The notes under the pieces are model-generated. The model saw nothing but the letters and a program-made list of their open reading frames with translations, made no database searches and had not been told where the DNA came from. This document shows, piece after piece, positions 18,614-29,708 of a stretch of DNA of 64,000 nt (position 1 is its first letter; every line of letters begins with the position of its first letter). Location: NCBI GenBank assembly GCA_963716925.1, contig CAVQUX010000025.1:656751-720750 (forward strand), given 5' to 3'. Source of the stretch: an uncultured Acidobacteriota bacterium. GTDB lineage: Bacteria > Acidobacteriota > Vicinamibacteria > Marinacidobacterales > SMYC01. A program made the position numbers and the translations under genes.

Positions 18614-19374
18614 AGGCTCGATCGGATACTCCGTCTCGTCGGCCTCGTAGAACACCCGCTCCAGGAACAGTCCCGAGGGAGGCGCGGTGAGAGCGGCCGG
18701 GGCCCTGGACTTCGCGGTCAACAAACCTCGGATGTCGGATTCTCCCATGGCCCCGCGTCCCACCTCGGCGAGAACGCCCACGATCCGGCGAACCATCTTC
18801 CAGAGGAAGTGGGAGCCGACGACCCGGATCAGGATCAGCGCCCCGGATTCCACGACCGCCACTTCCTCGAGCAGGACTTTCGTCGAGCCTTCCTCGACCT
18901 TCGGATCGGTGAAGGAACCGAAATCGTGCATGCCGCGAAGGAGGCGCGCGGCGGCGCGCATCCTCGGGAGCGAGAGCTCGTCCTTGACCCACCACACGTA
19001 GGGCTTTCCAAAGGCGGTGCGCCGGCGGGAGATCTGATAGAGGTAGCTCCTTCCGACGGCATCGTGGCGCGCGTGGAAGCGAGGGTGTGCCCGCGCGAGC
19101 GTGAGCACGTGGATGTCGGCGGGCAGCAGCTCGTTGACGGCGAGGCGCAGGGATTCCGGAGCCATTCGGGTCTCGACGTCGAGATGGGCCACCTGGCCGA
19201 GGGCGTGGACTCCGGCGTCGGTTCGGCCCGATCCATAGATCTCGAAGTCGCTCTTCTTCGTGACCTCGGTCACGACGCGGCGAAGCTCGCCCTGGACCGT
19301 TCGGGCGTTCTTCTGGATCTGCCACCCGCTGTAGCGGGTCCCGGCGTACTCGAGAACGAGCTTGAATCGAGGCA
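18590..19374 (-). CDS. truA: tRNA pseudouridine(38-40) synthase
   Basis: It has MPRFKLVLEYAGTRYSGWQIQ, the catalytic Asp context GSGRTDAGVHALGQV, and RSYLY. Confidence 0.85.
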
Positions 19375-19586
19375 TAGGGGGAGAACGGTAGGGCACATCG
19401 GGGAACGAACGCAAAGGGCGGAAAGAGAATGTGGGGACAAGGAGCCGAATCCCCCTTCGATCGATCCTTCCTTCATTGCGCCCCGGCGCCCCCCGACGCC
19501 ATTGCGTTCTTCGGGAAGGTTCTGAACGAAGGCGGATTCCTCGAAGAAAAATCGTCTCCCAGGAGCGGAGTTCCAAGGAGGCGAGC

Positions 19587-20255
19587 ATGAAACGATTTCC
19601 CAGCCGCCGCGAGCGGCCCGTGCGGGTACCGGGGCACCCCGAGGGCGACCTTCGCGTCATCGAGGCCGTGGTCGAGCACATCGAGCGGCACATCGGACCG
19701 ATCGATTTCGTATTCCACGAACGGCGGTCTCATCTCGTGCACATCGACGTCCACCACATTCCTCCCGCGGGCCGCCGGCGGTTCCACGCCCTGGTGACCA
19801 GCGGTATGTCGGAGCGGGCGATGACGGTTCCGTCGGGCTCCGAGGACCACGCTTTCGCCGAGCTCTTCCTCGTTCTTCCGCCGGATTGGGACGTCTCCGT
19901 CGTCTGGCCGATCGACCTGTTGCGTGAGCTCGCGCGCTATCCGCACGAGTGGGAGACCTGGCTCGGCTGCGGGCACTCGGTTTCGAACGGAGAGCCCCCC
20001 GGTCCTTTCAAACCCGACGTCCCGTTCTGCGGGTCCCTCATCACCCATCCGGTGTCCCTGGGAGCCGGGCTCGCTCGGCGGAGGCTTCCGGATCGATCGA
20101 TACATTTCTACCAGGTCGTCCCTCTCTATCTCGAGGAGATCCGCTTCGCGCTCCGTCACGGAGCCGACGCGCTCCTCGCCCGATTCGCCCAGTATCAGAT
20201 GAGCGACGTCGTCGACTCCAAGCGACGGAACGCCTGTCGTTTCGACGTGCACTAG
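19587..20255 (+). CDS. Suppressor-of-fused (SUFU)-like domain protein
   Basis: It shows the SUFU-family pattern (HALVTSGMSERAM ... LPPDW ... YPHEWETW). The ATG at 19587 has an AAGGAGG site upstream. Confidence 0.6.
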   Translation: MKRFPSRRERPVRVPGHPEGDLRVIEAVVEHIERHIGPIDFVFHERRSHLVHIDVHHIPPAGRRRFHALVTSGMSERAMTVPSGSEDHAFAELFLVLPPDWDVSVVWPIDLLRELARYPHEWETWLGCGHSVSNGEPPGPFKPDVPFCGSLITHPVSLGAGLARRRLPDRSIHFYQVVPLYLEEIRFALRHGADALLARFAQYQMSDVVDSKRRNACRFDVH

Positions 20256-20296
20256 AAGGGGGACCGCTCGACGGATGCCGAGGGGAGGCGGTGCTT

Positions 20297-21940
20297 CTAC
20301 TGGGGAAACGTCAACCCGTGCGGAACCAGGTGCGGGAACACGAACGCGTAGGCCATCACGATGAGACCGACGATGGCGCCGAGCGCGATCGAGTGCCAGA
20401 GCACGAAGCGGAAGATGCGGCCTTCGTTTCCCACCTGATGCGTGGCCGCCGTCGCGACCACGATGCTCTGCGCGTCCACCATCTTCCCCATGACTCCGCC
20501 GCTGCTGTTCGCCGCCGCCATGAGCACGGGGTCGAAACCGAGCTGCTCGGCGGTGATGCGCTGCAGGCTTCCGAAGAGGGCGTTCGAGGAGGTGTCGCTT
20601 CCGGTGAGCGCGACCCCGAGCCATCCGAGGAACGTTCCGAAGAACGGGTAGAGGATCCCGGTCCTGGTGCAGGCGAGCCCCAGAACGGCGTCGACTCCCG
20701 AGTATCGAGTGACGAAGCCGAGCCCCAGCATGCAGGCAATGGCGACGAGAGGCATCCGCATGCGGTGAGCCGTCAGGAGGAACGTCCGCCCGAGCTCCCG
20801 CGGGGAGAGGCCGAGGGCGAGCCCCGACACCACCGCCGCGAGAAAGACTCCCGTCCCGGTGGCGGCGAGCCAGTTGAAGTCGAAGAGCGCCGCCTCGGGG
20901 ACCACTCCGGAGACCACGGGCGCGACCCGGGCGACGCCCTGATGGAGCCCGGGCACGGGGAACACCGGGGTAACCACGTTCAGGACCTTCTTCACCGACG
21001 GAAGGCCCCAAAGGAACACGAAGACCGAGAGGATCACGAACGGCATCCACGCGCGGAAAACCGCTCCCTTCGTCGCCGTGCTCTTCGCCGGAGCCGCCTT
21101 CTCCTCGGGGAACCGCCAGATCGAAGGGGGCTTCCAGAAGCGCAGCAGGGTCACCATCGCGACCAGGGAGACCAGGGCGGCGATGATGTCCACCAGATTG
21201 CTGTCCTGGTAGTTCGACCAGTAGAACTGGGGGACGGCGAAGAAGACTCCGGTGACCAGGATCGCCGGAAGGACCGCGAACGTCTCCTTCCAGGACACCA
21301 TGGTGCGCACCAGCCAGAAGGGCACGATGATCGACGTGAACGGAAGGATGCGCCCGATCATCGCGTTCAAGTCCGCTTCGGGAAGCGCCGTCACCGCCGC
21401 GAGCGTATGCACCGGCGTTCCCAGCGCTCCCCAGGCCACGGGCGCCGTATTGGCGATGAGACAGAGGGCCGCGGCGTAGAACGGCTGGAATCCGAGACCG
21501 ACCATGAAGGCCGCGGAGATCGCGACCGGGGCGCCGAAGCCGGCGGCGCCTTCGATGAACGCGCCGAACGAGAAGGCGATGATGAGCGCCTGAAGCCGGC
21601 GGTCGGCGGAGATTGCGGCGATCGAGTCCTTCATGATCTCGAAGGCACCGCTGGCGACGGCGATGTCGTAGAGAAAGACCGCGGAGAATACGATCCAGGC
21701 GATCTTCACCAGGCCGAACGCGACCCCGTAGAGAAAGCTCGCCCCGGCGAGCGGCAGGGGCATACCGAATGCGAGGATCGCGATGGCGAGCGCGGCGGCG
21801 GCCCCGCCCGCGGCGGACCAGGCCGCGCCCACTCGCCGAAACGCGAGAAGGTAGAACAGGACCACGATGGGAAGGCTCGCGAGGAGCGTCGACGCCGGCC
21901 AGAAGCCCAGTGGGTCGTAGTTCTGATGCCAGGGGGTCAC
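20297..21940 (-). CDS. lctP: L-lactate permease family transporter
   Basis: It is 547 aa with LctP-family conservation throughout (GASFLYGVAFGLVKIAWIVFSAVFLY, AIISAAFMVGLGF). Confidence 0.8.
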   Translation of the reverse strand: MTPWHQNYDPLGFWPASTLLASLPIVVLFYLLAFRRVGAAWSAAGGAAAALAIAILAFGMPLPLAGASFLYGVAFGLVKIAWIVFSAVFLYDIAVASGAFEIMKDSIAAISADRRLQALIIAFSFGAFIEGAAGFGAPVAISAAFMVGLGFQPFYAAALCLIANTAPVAWGALGTPVHTLAAVTALPEADLNAMIGRILPFTSIIVPFWLVRTMVSWKETFAVLPAILVTGVFFAVPQFYWSNYQDSNLVDIIAALVSLVAMVTLLRFWKPPSIWRFPEEKAAPAKSTATKGAVFRAWMPFVILSVFVFLWGLPSVKKVLNVVTPVFPVPGLHQGVARVAPVVSGVVPEAALFDFNWLAATGTGVFLAAVVSGLALGLSPRELGRTFLLTAHRMRMPLVAIACMLGLGFVTRYSGVDAVLGLACTRTGILYPFFGTFLGWLGVALTGSDTSSNALFGSLQRITAEQLGFDPVLMAAANSSGGVMGKMVDAQSIVVATAATHQVGNEGRIFRFVLWHSIALGAIVGLIVMAYAFVFPHLVPHGLTFPQ

Positions 21941-22077
21941 GATGGCGCGGAAGAGTATCCGCGACGCCTCGAAGAGTCAAAGGCCGCCGAGGAACTCTGG
22001 AATCGACCTCTCCCCGGAGACACCGAAGTACCGCGGCGCCTATACCGACGCTCTCGCGAGTTTGCCGTGATGACTCT

Positions 22078-22857
22078 CTACGGGCGTCCGCGGAACGTAA
22101 GACCGTCTCCCACCAGGTTCACCGAGAGCACGATCCAGAAGATGAGAAGGCCGGGGAAGATCGCGAGCCAGGGCTCGGTCGCGAGCGAGGCCTGGGCGCC
22201 GTAGAGGAGGTTTCCGAGGCTCGGGTCCGGAGGCTGGACTCCAAGCCCGAGAAAGCTCAGAACCGATTCCATCACGATCACCCTACCTACGAGGATCGCC
22301 GCCGCCACGATCAAGGGTGCAGCGGCGTTCGGGAGAAGGTGGCGCCCGATGACCCGGGGGCTCGAGGCTCCGAGCGCTTTCGCCGCCTCGGTGAACGGAA
22401 CCTCCTTCAACCTCAGCACTTCCCCGCGGGCGATCCGCGCCGGCTCCATCCAGGCGAACGCCGACACCAGCAGGATCAGCACCGCGACCGAGGGCCGGAA
22501 GACCGCGGAGATCACGATGAGGACCGGGAGCACTGGAATCGAGAGCTGGAGATCGACGAGCCGCATCAGGGCCGAGTCCACGAAACCGCCGAAGTACGCG
22601 GCCACGGAGCCCAGCCCGGCTCCGAGAAAGCTCGCTACGAGGGCGCCCGCGAGTCCGATGGCGAGAGAGAGCCTCGCTCCCGTGAAAACCCGAGTCCCGA
22701 AGTCGCGCCCGAGCTCGTCCGTTCCCATCCAGTGCGACGGACCGGGGCCGGCCTTGATGGAGGCGAGATCGATCTCGTCGTGGCGATAGGGCGAGAGTGC
22801 CGGCACCAGAGCAGCGAGAAGGATCGCCGCGGCGAGGGCGCTGAGGCCGGCCTTCAC
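22078..22857 (-). CDS. ABC peptide transporter permease (DppC/OppC-like)
   Basis: It has the EAA-type permease motif region (FTEAAKALGASSPRVIGRHLLPNA). The GTG start overlaps the upstream permease stop (GTGA). Confidence 0.8.
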   Translation of the reverse strand: MKAGLSALAAAILLAALVPALSPYRHDEIDLASIKAGPGPSHWMGTDELGRDFGTRVFTGARLSLAIGLAGALVASFLGAGLGSVAAYFGGFVDSALMRLVDLQLSIPVLPVLIVISAVFRPSVAVLILLVSAFAWMEPARIARGEVLRLKEVPFTEAAKALGASSPRVIGRHLLPNAAAPLIVAAAILVGRVIVMESVLSFLGLGVQPPDPSLGNLLYGAQASLATEPWLAIFPGLLIFWIVLSVNLVGDGLTFRGRP

Positions 22858-23810
22858 GCGGCATCCTTTCTCGCGATGCGCACCCGGGGGTCGAGCCACC
22901 CGTAGACGACATCGGCCGCGAGGTTCGAGACCACGACCGCGATCGATCCCACCATCAGAATCGCCATGAGAACCGAGTAGTCTCGCCGGTAGACGGAATC
23001 GACGAGGAGCGTTCCCATTCCCGGCCAGGCGAAGACGGTCTCGGTAACGACGGCGCCGCTGAAAAGGAGCGCGAAATCGAGCGCGAGCACGGTCACCATC
23101 GGGAAGAGCGCGTTCGGGAGAGAGTGGCGGACGAGGAGCGCCGTCTCCGAGAGCCCGCGGGCCCGGCCCGCGCGGACGAAGTCGCGCGAGAGGGTCGCCG
23201 CGAGCGACGCGCGGACGTATCGGATCCAGGAGGACGCGTAGAACGACGCCAGAGTCGCCGCCGGCAGAGCGAGGTGCGCGAGACGCCCTTCCCCATCGAT
23301 CCCCATGCGGCCGGCCGTCGGAAGGAGGCGGAGCTCGACGGCGAAGACGAGCTGAAGGACGAGCCCCAGCCAGAACGTCGGAAGCGAGATGCCGACGATC
23401 GAAGCGCCGGAGACCAGGGAATCGAGGACGCCTCGGGGACGAAGGGCGGCGAGGCTTCCCAGAACGATGGCCGCCGCAAGGGCCAGCATGAAGGCGCTCC
23501 CCATGAGCTCGAGCGTGGCCCCCGCCCTCTCGAGCACGCGCAGGAGGACCGGCCGGCCGTCCACGTAGCTGAAGCCCCAGTCCCCCGTTGCGAAAGCGGA
23601 AAGCCAGCCGAGGTACTGCTCGTGGAGCGGGCGGTCGAGCCCGAGGAGTCGCTCGAGCCTCGCGATGTCCTCGGGCCGCACGTTGGGATTGCTGAGATAC
23701 ACCGTGAGCGGCCCGCCGGGGGCGGCATGCACCAGGGCGAAGATTAGAATCGAGAGACCGAAGAGCAGAGGGATGGCGCGCAGCAGCCTACCGGCGACGT
23801 AGGCGGCCAT
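22854..23810 (-). CDS. ABC peptide transporter permease (DppB/OppB-like)
   Basis: The N-terminus LLRAIPLLFGLSILIFALVHAAPGGP and the fold are typical of BPD_transp_1 permeases. Confidence 0.85.
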   Translation of the reverse strand: MAAYVAGRLLRAIPLLFGLSILIFALVHAAPGGPLTVYLSNPNVRPEDIARLERLLGLDRPLHEQYLGWLSAFATGDWGFSYVDGRPVLLRVLERAGATLELMGSAFMLALAAAIVLGSLAALRPRGVLDSLVSGASIVGISLPTFWLGLVLQLVFAVELRLLPTAGRMGIDGEGRLAHLALPAATLASFYASSWIRYVRASLAATLSRDFVRAGRARGLSETALLVRHSLPNALFPMVTVLALDFALLFSGAVVTETVFAWPGMGTLLVDSVYRRDYSVLMAILMVGSIAVVVSNLAADVVYGWLDPRVRIARKDAA

Positions 23811-23816
23811 GCGGCT

Positions 23817-25418
23817 TCAGGGATCGGCGGAAGGAGCCTCGAGCTCCCACTCGTAGACGTTCCAGAAGAGACCGGCGTTCGTTGGATTGGGCTTCACGTT
23901 CCGGAGGGTATCGGGAAACGCGCTCACGATCGTCCGGTTGTACAGGGGGATCTCGGGGACTTCGCGGGCGAGGATCTCCTGCGCCCGGAACAGGAGAGCC
24001 TTCCGCTTGTCGCGGTCCACGGTCTGGTCGGAGGCGTACAGGAGCCGGGTCAGCTCCTCGTTCTCGTAATAATAGATGTTGCGCCCCCGGGGCGGAGTGC
24101 GGTCCGAAGCGTAGAACAAGGTGATTTCCGGGTCCGCGGGCAGGGTCCAGGCGGAGAGGAAGAACGGGAGCTTGCCGCCGAACCAGAGCTCTCCCAGCAT
24201 CGTGGGCTCGTAGTTCCGGATCTCCATGCCGATCCCGACGGCTTTCAGCTGGGCCTGGAGGACCTGGAGGACCATCTCCCACTCGGCGTGGCCGGAGCGG
24301 GTGGTCCCGGGAAAAGAGAGCGGGACTCCTTCTTTCTCCACGATGCCGTCACCGTCCCGATCTTCGTAGCCCGCCTCGCGCAGGAGCTCCCGCGCGCGGG
24401 CGGGATCGTATCCGTAGGAAGTCACCCCGGCGTTGAATGCCCAGGACATCGGTTGAATGACGGAGTCCACCACGGTCACGACGCCCTCGAGGACGTCCTC
24501 GGCGATTGCCCGCCGGTCGATCGCGTGGGCGACCGCCTGCCGCACCCTGAGGTCACGAAAGGCGGGGACCTCGCGGAGATTGAGCGCCACGTGAGCGTAG
24601 GAATTCCCCATCGTGCGGGAAACTTCGACTCCCGGGATTCCCTCGAGCTCGTCGACCTTGTCGAGAGGCACGTTGTCCACCACCTGGACCTCTCCCGAGC
24701 GCAGCTGGTTCATGCGGGTGTTGCTGGAGGGAAGAAAGCGAAAGAGCAGCTTCTCGATCGCGGGGACTCCCCGCCAGTAATCCTCGTTGCGCGCGAGGAG
24801 AAGGTACTCGCCGGTCCTCCATTCCTCGACCTTGTAGGGGCCGGTTCCGATGGGCCTGCGGTCGTACTCGGGAAAGGCGTTCAGGTCCTTTCCTTCGAGG
24901 ACGTGGCGAGGAAGGGCGCCCCGCCAGAACTGGTCCTGATAAGCCGCGTAGATCCGGCGGTAGGTGACGATCGCGGTGAGATCATCGGGAGTCGCCACCG
25001 ATTCGATGAGGTCGAACCCCTCGGTCGATTCCGGGTTGTAGGCCGGATCGTTGATGGTCTCGACGGTGAAGGCGACGTCCCGAGAGGTGAACGGCTCACC
25101 GTCCTGCCAGCGCACGCCGGAGCGGAGCTTCCAGGTGACTTCGAGCCGGCCGTCGTCGAGCACGCGAACGAGACCGTTCTCGGGGGTGGGCACGACCTCC
25201 GCGAGAACGGGCACCGCCTCCATCTTCTCGTTCCAGACGGTGAGTCCCTCGGAGATGCAGATCATGGTGTCTTCGAGGATGTGCGTCGAAAAGCGGTTGA
25301 GCGTATCGGGCTCGCGGTCGTAGCCGACGACCAGGAGCGCGTTCGTCGGCGGAGCGGGCTTCCGGGGTCCGGAGCACGCGAATGCGAGGACGAGAACCAG
25401 CGACGGCAGACGTGCCAT
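23817..25418 (-). CDS. ABC transporter substrate-binding protein, family 5 (oligopeptide/dipeptide)
   Basis: It is 533 aa with a lipoprotein signal (LVLAFACSG) and SBP_bac_5-like conservation. Confidence 0.85.
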   Translation of the reverse strand: MARLPSLVLVLAFACSGPRKPAPPTNALLVVGYDREPDTLNRFSTHILEDTMICISEGLTVWNEKMEAVPVLAEVVPTPENGLVRVLDDGRLEVTWKLRSGVRWQDGEPFTSRDVAFTVETINDPAYNPESTEGFDLIESVATPDDLTAIVTYRRIYAAYQDQFWRGALPRHVLEGKDLNAFPEYDRRPIGTGPYKVEEWRTGEYLLLARNEDYWRGVPAIEKLLFRFLPSSNTRMNQLRSGEVQVVDNVPLDKVDELEGIPGVEVSRTMGNSYAHVALNLREVPAFRDLRVRQAVAHAIDRRAIAEDVLEGVVTVVDSVIQPMSWAFNAGVTSYGYDPARARELLREAGYEDRDGDGIVEKEGVPLSFPGTTRSGHAEWEMVLQVLQAQLKAVGIGMEIRNYEPTMLGELWFGGKLPFFLSAWTLPADPEITLFYASDRTPPRGRNIYYYENEELTRLLYASDQTVDRDKRKALLFRAQEILAREVPEIPLYNRTIVSAFPDTLRNVKPNPTNAGLFWNVYEWELEAPSADP

Positions 25419-25446
25419 GGCGCCCTACTTGAACACCGAGACCCGG

Positions 25447-25474
25447 CAACTGGCAACTGAGAACTGAGCACTGT
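25447..25474. promoter_or_regulatory. Four tandem heptamers (GCAACTG GCAACTG AGAACTG AGCACTG) immediately upstream of metX
   Basis: They are seen directly at 25447-25474, 3-30 nt before the metX ATG, in the divergent region between the SBP gene and metX. Confidence 0.4.
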
Positions 25475-25476
25475 TT

Positions 25477-26721
25477 TTGGCTATCATGGCGCTCATGATC
25501 CGGCCTCAGACGGAGGAGGGATCGGTTGGCGTGGTGCCGACCGAGTACATCGACCTTCCCGACCCCATCCCCCTCGACTGCGGTCGAGAGCTCCACCCGG
25601 TTCGGATTGCCTACGAGACCTACGGAACCCTGACCCCCGAGAAAGACAACGTCATCCTCGTCTGCCACGCGCTCTCCGGCGACGCTCATGCCGCGGGCTG
25701 GAGTGCTTCGCCCATGGAAGAGAGCGCCGTCGACGGCTTCCGCGCCGACGAGCGCGACATCGCGAAGAAGTCCGGCCTCGGGTGGTGGGACGGGATGATT
25801 GGCCCGGGGAAGGCGTTCGACACGGATCGGTACTTCGTGGTCGCCACCAACCTCATCGGCGGCTGCCGCGGATCGACGGGGCCCTCCTCGCTCAATCCCG
25901 CCACCGGAAAGCCCTATGGTCTCGATTTTCCCACGGTGACCGTCGCCGACATGGTTCGGGCGGAACGCGCTCTGCTGCGGGAGCTCGGCATCGGGAAGCT
26001 CCTCGCCGTCTCCGGAGGTTCTCTCGGTGGAATGCAGGCGATGGAATGGGCGGCGCTTTTTTCGGACGCCGTCTTCAGCATCATCCCCATCGCCTCGACC
26101 GCGGCGCTCGATCCGCAGGGAGTCGCCTGGAACTCCATCGCGAGGAGCGCGATCATGGCGGACCCCGACTGGCAAGGCGGCCGGTACTACGGGACGGGAC
26201 GGGCGCCGAACGCTGGAATGGCCGTGGCGCGGATGGTCGGGCACGTGACCTACCTCTCCGGCTATTCGATGGCGGAGAAATTCGGCCGGAGGCTCCAGGG
26301 CCGCAGCGACCTCTCGTACACCGTGACCGAGCCGGATTTCGAGGTCGAAAGCTACCTGCGCCATCAGGGCGAGAAGTTCGTCCGCCGGTTCGATGCCAAC
26401 ACCTATCTCTACTTCTCGAGGGCGCTCTCTTATTTCGACCTCGCCCGCCAGTACGGCGGCGGAAGCCTCGACCGGGCGGTCGAGGGCTTCCAGGCGGCGA
26501 CGCTCCTCATCTGCTTCAGCTCCGACTGGCTCTATCCGCCCGCGAACTCGCGCGCCCTCGCGAACGCTCTCGAGGCGAACGGCAAGGACGTGGAGCTCCA
26601 CGTCATCGAAGCGCCCTACGGCCACGACTCGTTCCTCGTCGAGGAGGCGCGGCAGACTCCGATGATTCGCGATTTCCTCTCCCGCGTCTACCAGGCGCGG
26701 CGAGGGAGCAGGAGGATTTAG
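25477..26721 (+). CDS. metX: Homoserine O-acetyltransferase
   Basis: It has the MetX alpha/beta hydrolase pattern (VILVCHALSGDAHAAGW, GGSLGGMQAMEWAA, the catalytic S-D-H context). Confidence 0.85.
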   Translation: MAIMALMIRPQTEEGSVGVVPTEYIDLPDPIPLDCGRELHPVRIAYETYGTLTPEKDNVILVCHALSGDAHAAGWSASPMEESAVDGFRADERDIAKKSGLGWWDGMIGPGKAFDTDRYFVVATNLIGGCRGSTGPSSLNPATGKPYGLDFPTVTVADMVRAERALLRELGIGKLLAVSGGSLGGMQAMEWAALFSDAVFSIIPIASTAALDPQGVAWNSIARSAIMADPDWQGGRYYGTGRAPNAGMAVARMVGHVTYLSGYSMAEKFGRRLQGRSDLSYTVTEPDFEVESYLRHQGEKFVRRFDANTYLYFSRALSYFDLARQYGGGSLDRAVEGFQAATLLICFSSDWLYPPANSRALANALEANGKDVELHVIEAPYGHDSFLVEEARQTPMIRDFLSRVYQARRGSRRI

Positions 26722-28557
<1,836 letters not shown>

Positions 28558-28662
28558 GCACCGCCTTGCGAGCCCTCGGTCGAGTTGCTAATCTAGATTC
28601 GCTTTTCCGCAACCAGCGCGTTCGTCACCACGGATCGTCGAAAGGAGAAACCGAGGAGAGTC

Positions 28663-28908
28663 ATGCCCAAGAAAGCGACCCAGAAAGCCGAGCCCAAGAA
28701 GGCTTCGCCGCGCGCGAAGCGAAGCAAATCCGCGGAAGCGGCCCTTCCCGAGAGCCCGAACGAGATCGCCGTCGCGGAGGCGGCGCCCTCACTCGAGCAG
28801 ATTCGAGACCGGGCCTATCAGATCTTCCGCAACGGAGCGAACCCGAGCGATCCCGTCGCCGACTGGTTCCAGGCCGAGAGAGAGCTCAAGGGCGACGCCC
28901 GCGTCTGA
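28663..28908 (+). CDS. DUF2934-family small protein
   Basis: The motif IRDRAYQIFRNGANPSDPVADWFQAEREL matches DUF2934, and an AGGAGA site lies upstream. Confidence 0.7.
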   Translation: MPKKATQKAEPKKASPRAKRSKSAEAALPESPNEIAVAEAAPSLEQIRDRAYQIFRNGANPSDPVADWFQAERELKGDARV

Positions 28909-28914
28909 CCTCGG

Positions 28915-28950
28915 GCACCGCTTTACAAAAGCGGGTGCTCCCCATATTCT
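28915..28950 (+). terminator. Rho-independent terminator-like hairpin
   Basis: GCACCGCTTT-aca-AAAGCGGGTGC is a 10 bp stem followed by T-rich CCCCATATTCTTTG, 7 nt after the DUF2934 stop. Confidence 0.5.
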
Positions 28951-29013
28951 TTGCCGGTCCAAGCGAACGTACTTGCAGGCTAGCGGGCCAGCAGGCAGCA
29001 CCGGAAGGTTCGA

Positions 29014-29592
29014 TTGACCGACCAAGCGGTTCGATTTCTCAAAGAGTTCGTCAGCAAACCTCAGGAGATCGGGGCCATCGCGCCCAGCTCGCCCGCCCTC
29101 GCGAGAGAGGTCGTGCACTCCGTCGACTGGGACAAGGTCGAGGTCGTGGTCGAGTACGGACCGGGCCTGGGCGCCATCACCGGAGAGATCCTCACCCGGA
29201 CCGAGGGGAAGGACTTTTTCGTCATCGAGCTGAACGAAGCCTATGCTGATCGCTTCCGCCGGAACTTCCCCGACGTCGCTCTCTACCGCGACTCGGTGGC
29301 GAACGTCGTATCCATCGCCGCGAAGCACGGGGTCGAAGCCGTCGACTGCGTCATCAGCGGCCTTCCGTGGGCCATCTTCTCGGACTCGGTCCAGGACGAG
29401 CTCCTCGACGCCACGTTCGAGGTGCTGAAGGAGGGCGGGCAGTTCGTCACGTTCGCCTACATGCACGGCCTCGCCCTACCTGCGGGGCGGCGATTCCGGA
29501 AGAAGCTTACTCGAAGGTTCCGCAAGCTCGAGCGAAGCCGCGTCGTCTGGCGCAACACCCCGCCCGCGGTGGTCTACCACTGCGTGCGGTAG
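29014..29592 (+). CDS. Class I SAM-dependent methyltransferase
   Basis: It carries motif I VVEYGPGLGAITGEIL. The apparent start is TTG. Confidence 0.7.
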   Translation: MTDQAVRFLKEFVSKPQEIGAIAPSSPALAREVVHSVDWDKVEVVVEYGPGLGAITGEILTRTEGKDFFVIELNEAYADRFRRNFPDVALYRDSVANVVSIAAKHGVEAVDCVISGLPWAIFSDSVQDELLDATFEVLKEGGQFVTFAYMHGLALPAGRRFRKKLTRRFRKLERSRVVWRNTPPAVVYHCVR

Positions 29593-29601
29593 ATCTTTTT
29601 C

Positions 29602-29697
29602 AACGCAAAGACGCAAAGGCGCAAAGACGCAACGGGGGAACGGGACTCCGTCTTTTTCTTCTTTGCGCCTTTGCGTCTTTGCGCCTTTGCGTTCCCC
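29602..29697. terminator. Long imperfect inverted repeat built from tandem GCAAAGRC octamers; probable bidirectional terminator between convergent genes
   Basis: The left arm is AACGCAAAGACGCAAAGGCGCAAAGACGCAACGGGGG. The right arm is CTTTGCGCCTTTGCGTCTTTGCGCCTTTGCGTTCCCC. It lies between the methyltransferase stop (29592) and the ADOP permease stop (29709). Confidence 0.55.
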
Positions 29698-29708
29698 TCT
29701 TCTCCTAC

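Noticed and set aside
19473-21980. 835-aa minus-strand ORF at 19473..21980 spanning SUFU and lctP
   Set aside because: It is an arginine- and proline-rich artefact frame. The lctP frame on the same strand has clear transporter hydrophobicity.
25419-25476. SAM riboswitch upstream of metX
   Set aside because: The intergenic region is only 58 nt, too short for an S-box. I reported the tandem heptamers instead.
29593-29708. CRISPR-like array
   Set aside because: The repeats are 8-mers arranged as an inverted repeat with no spacers, so this is not CRISPR architecture. No cas genes are present in the window.
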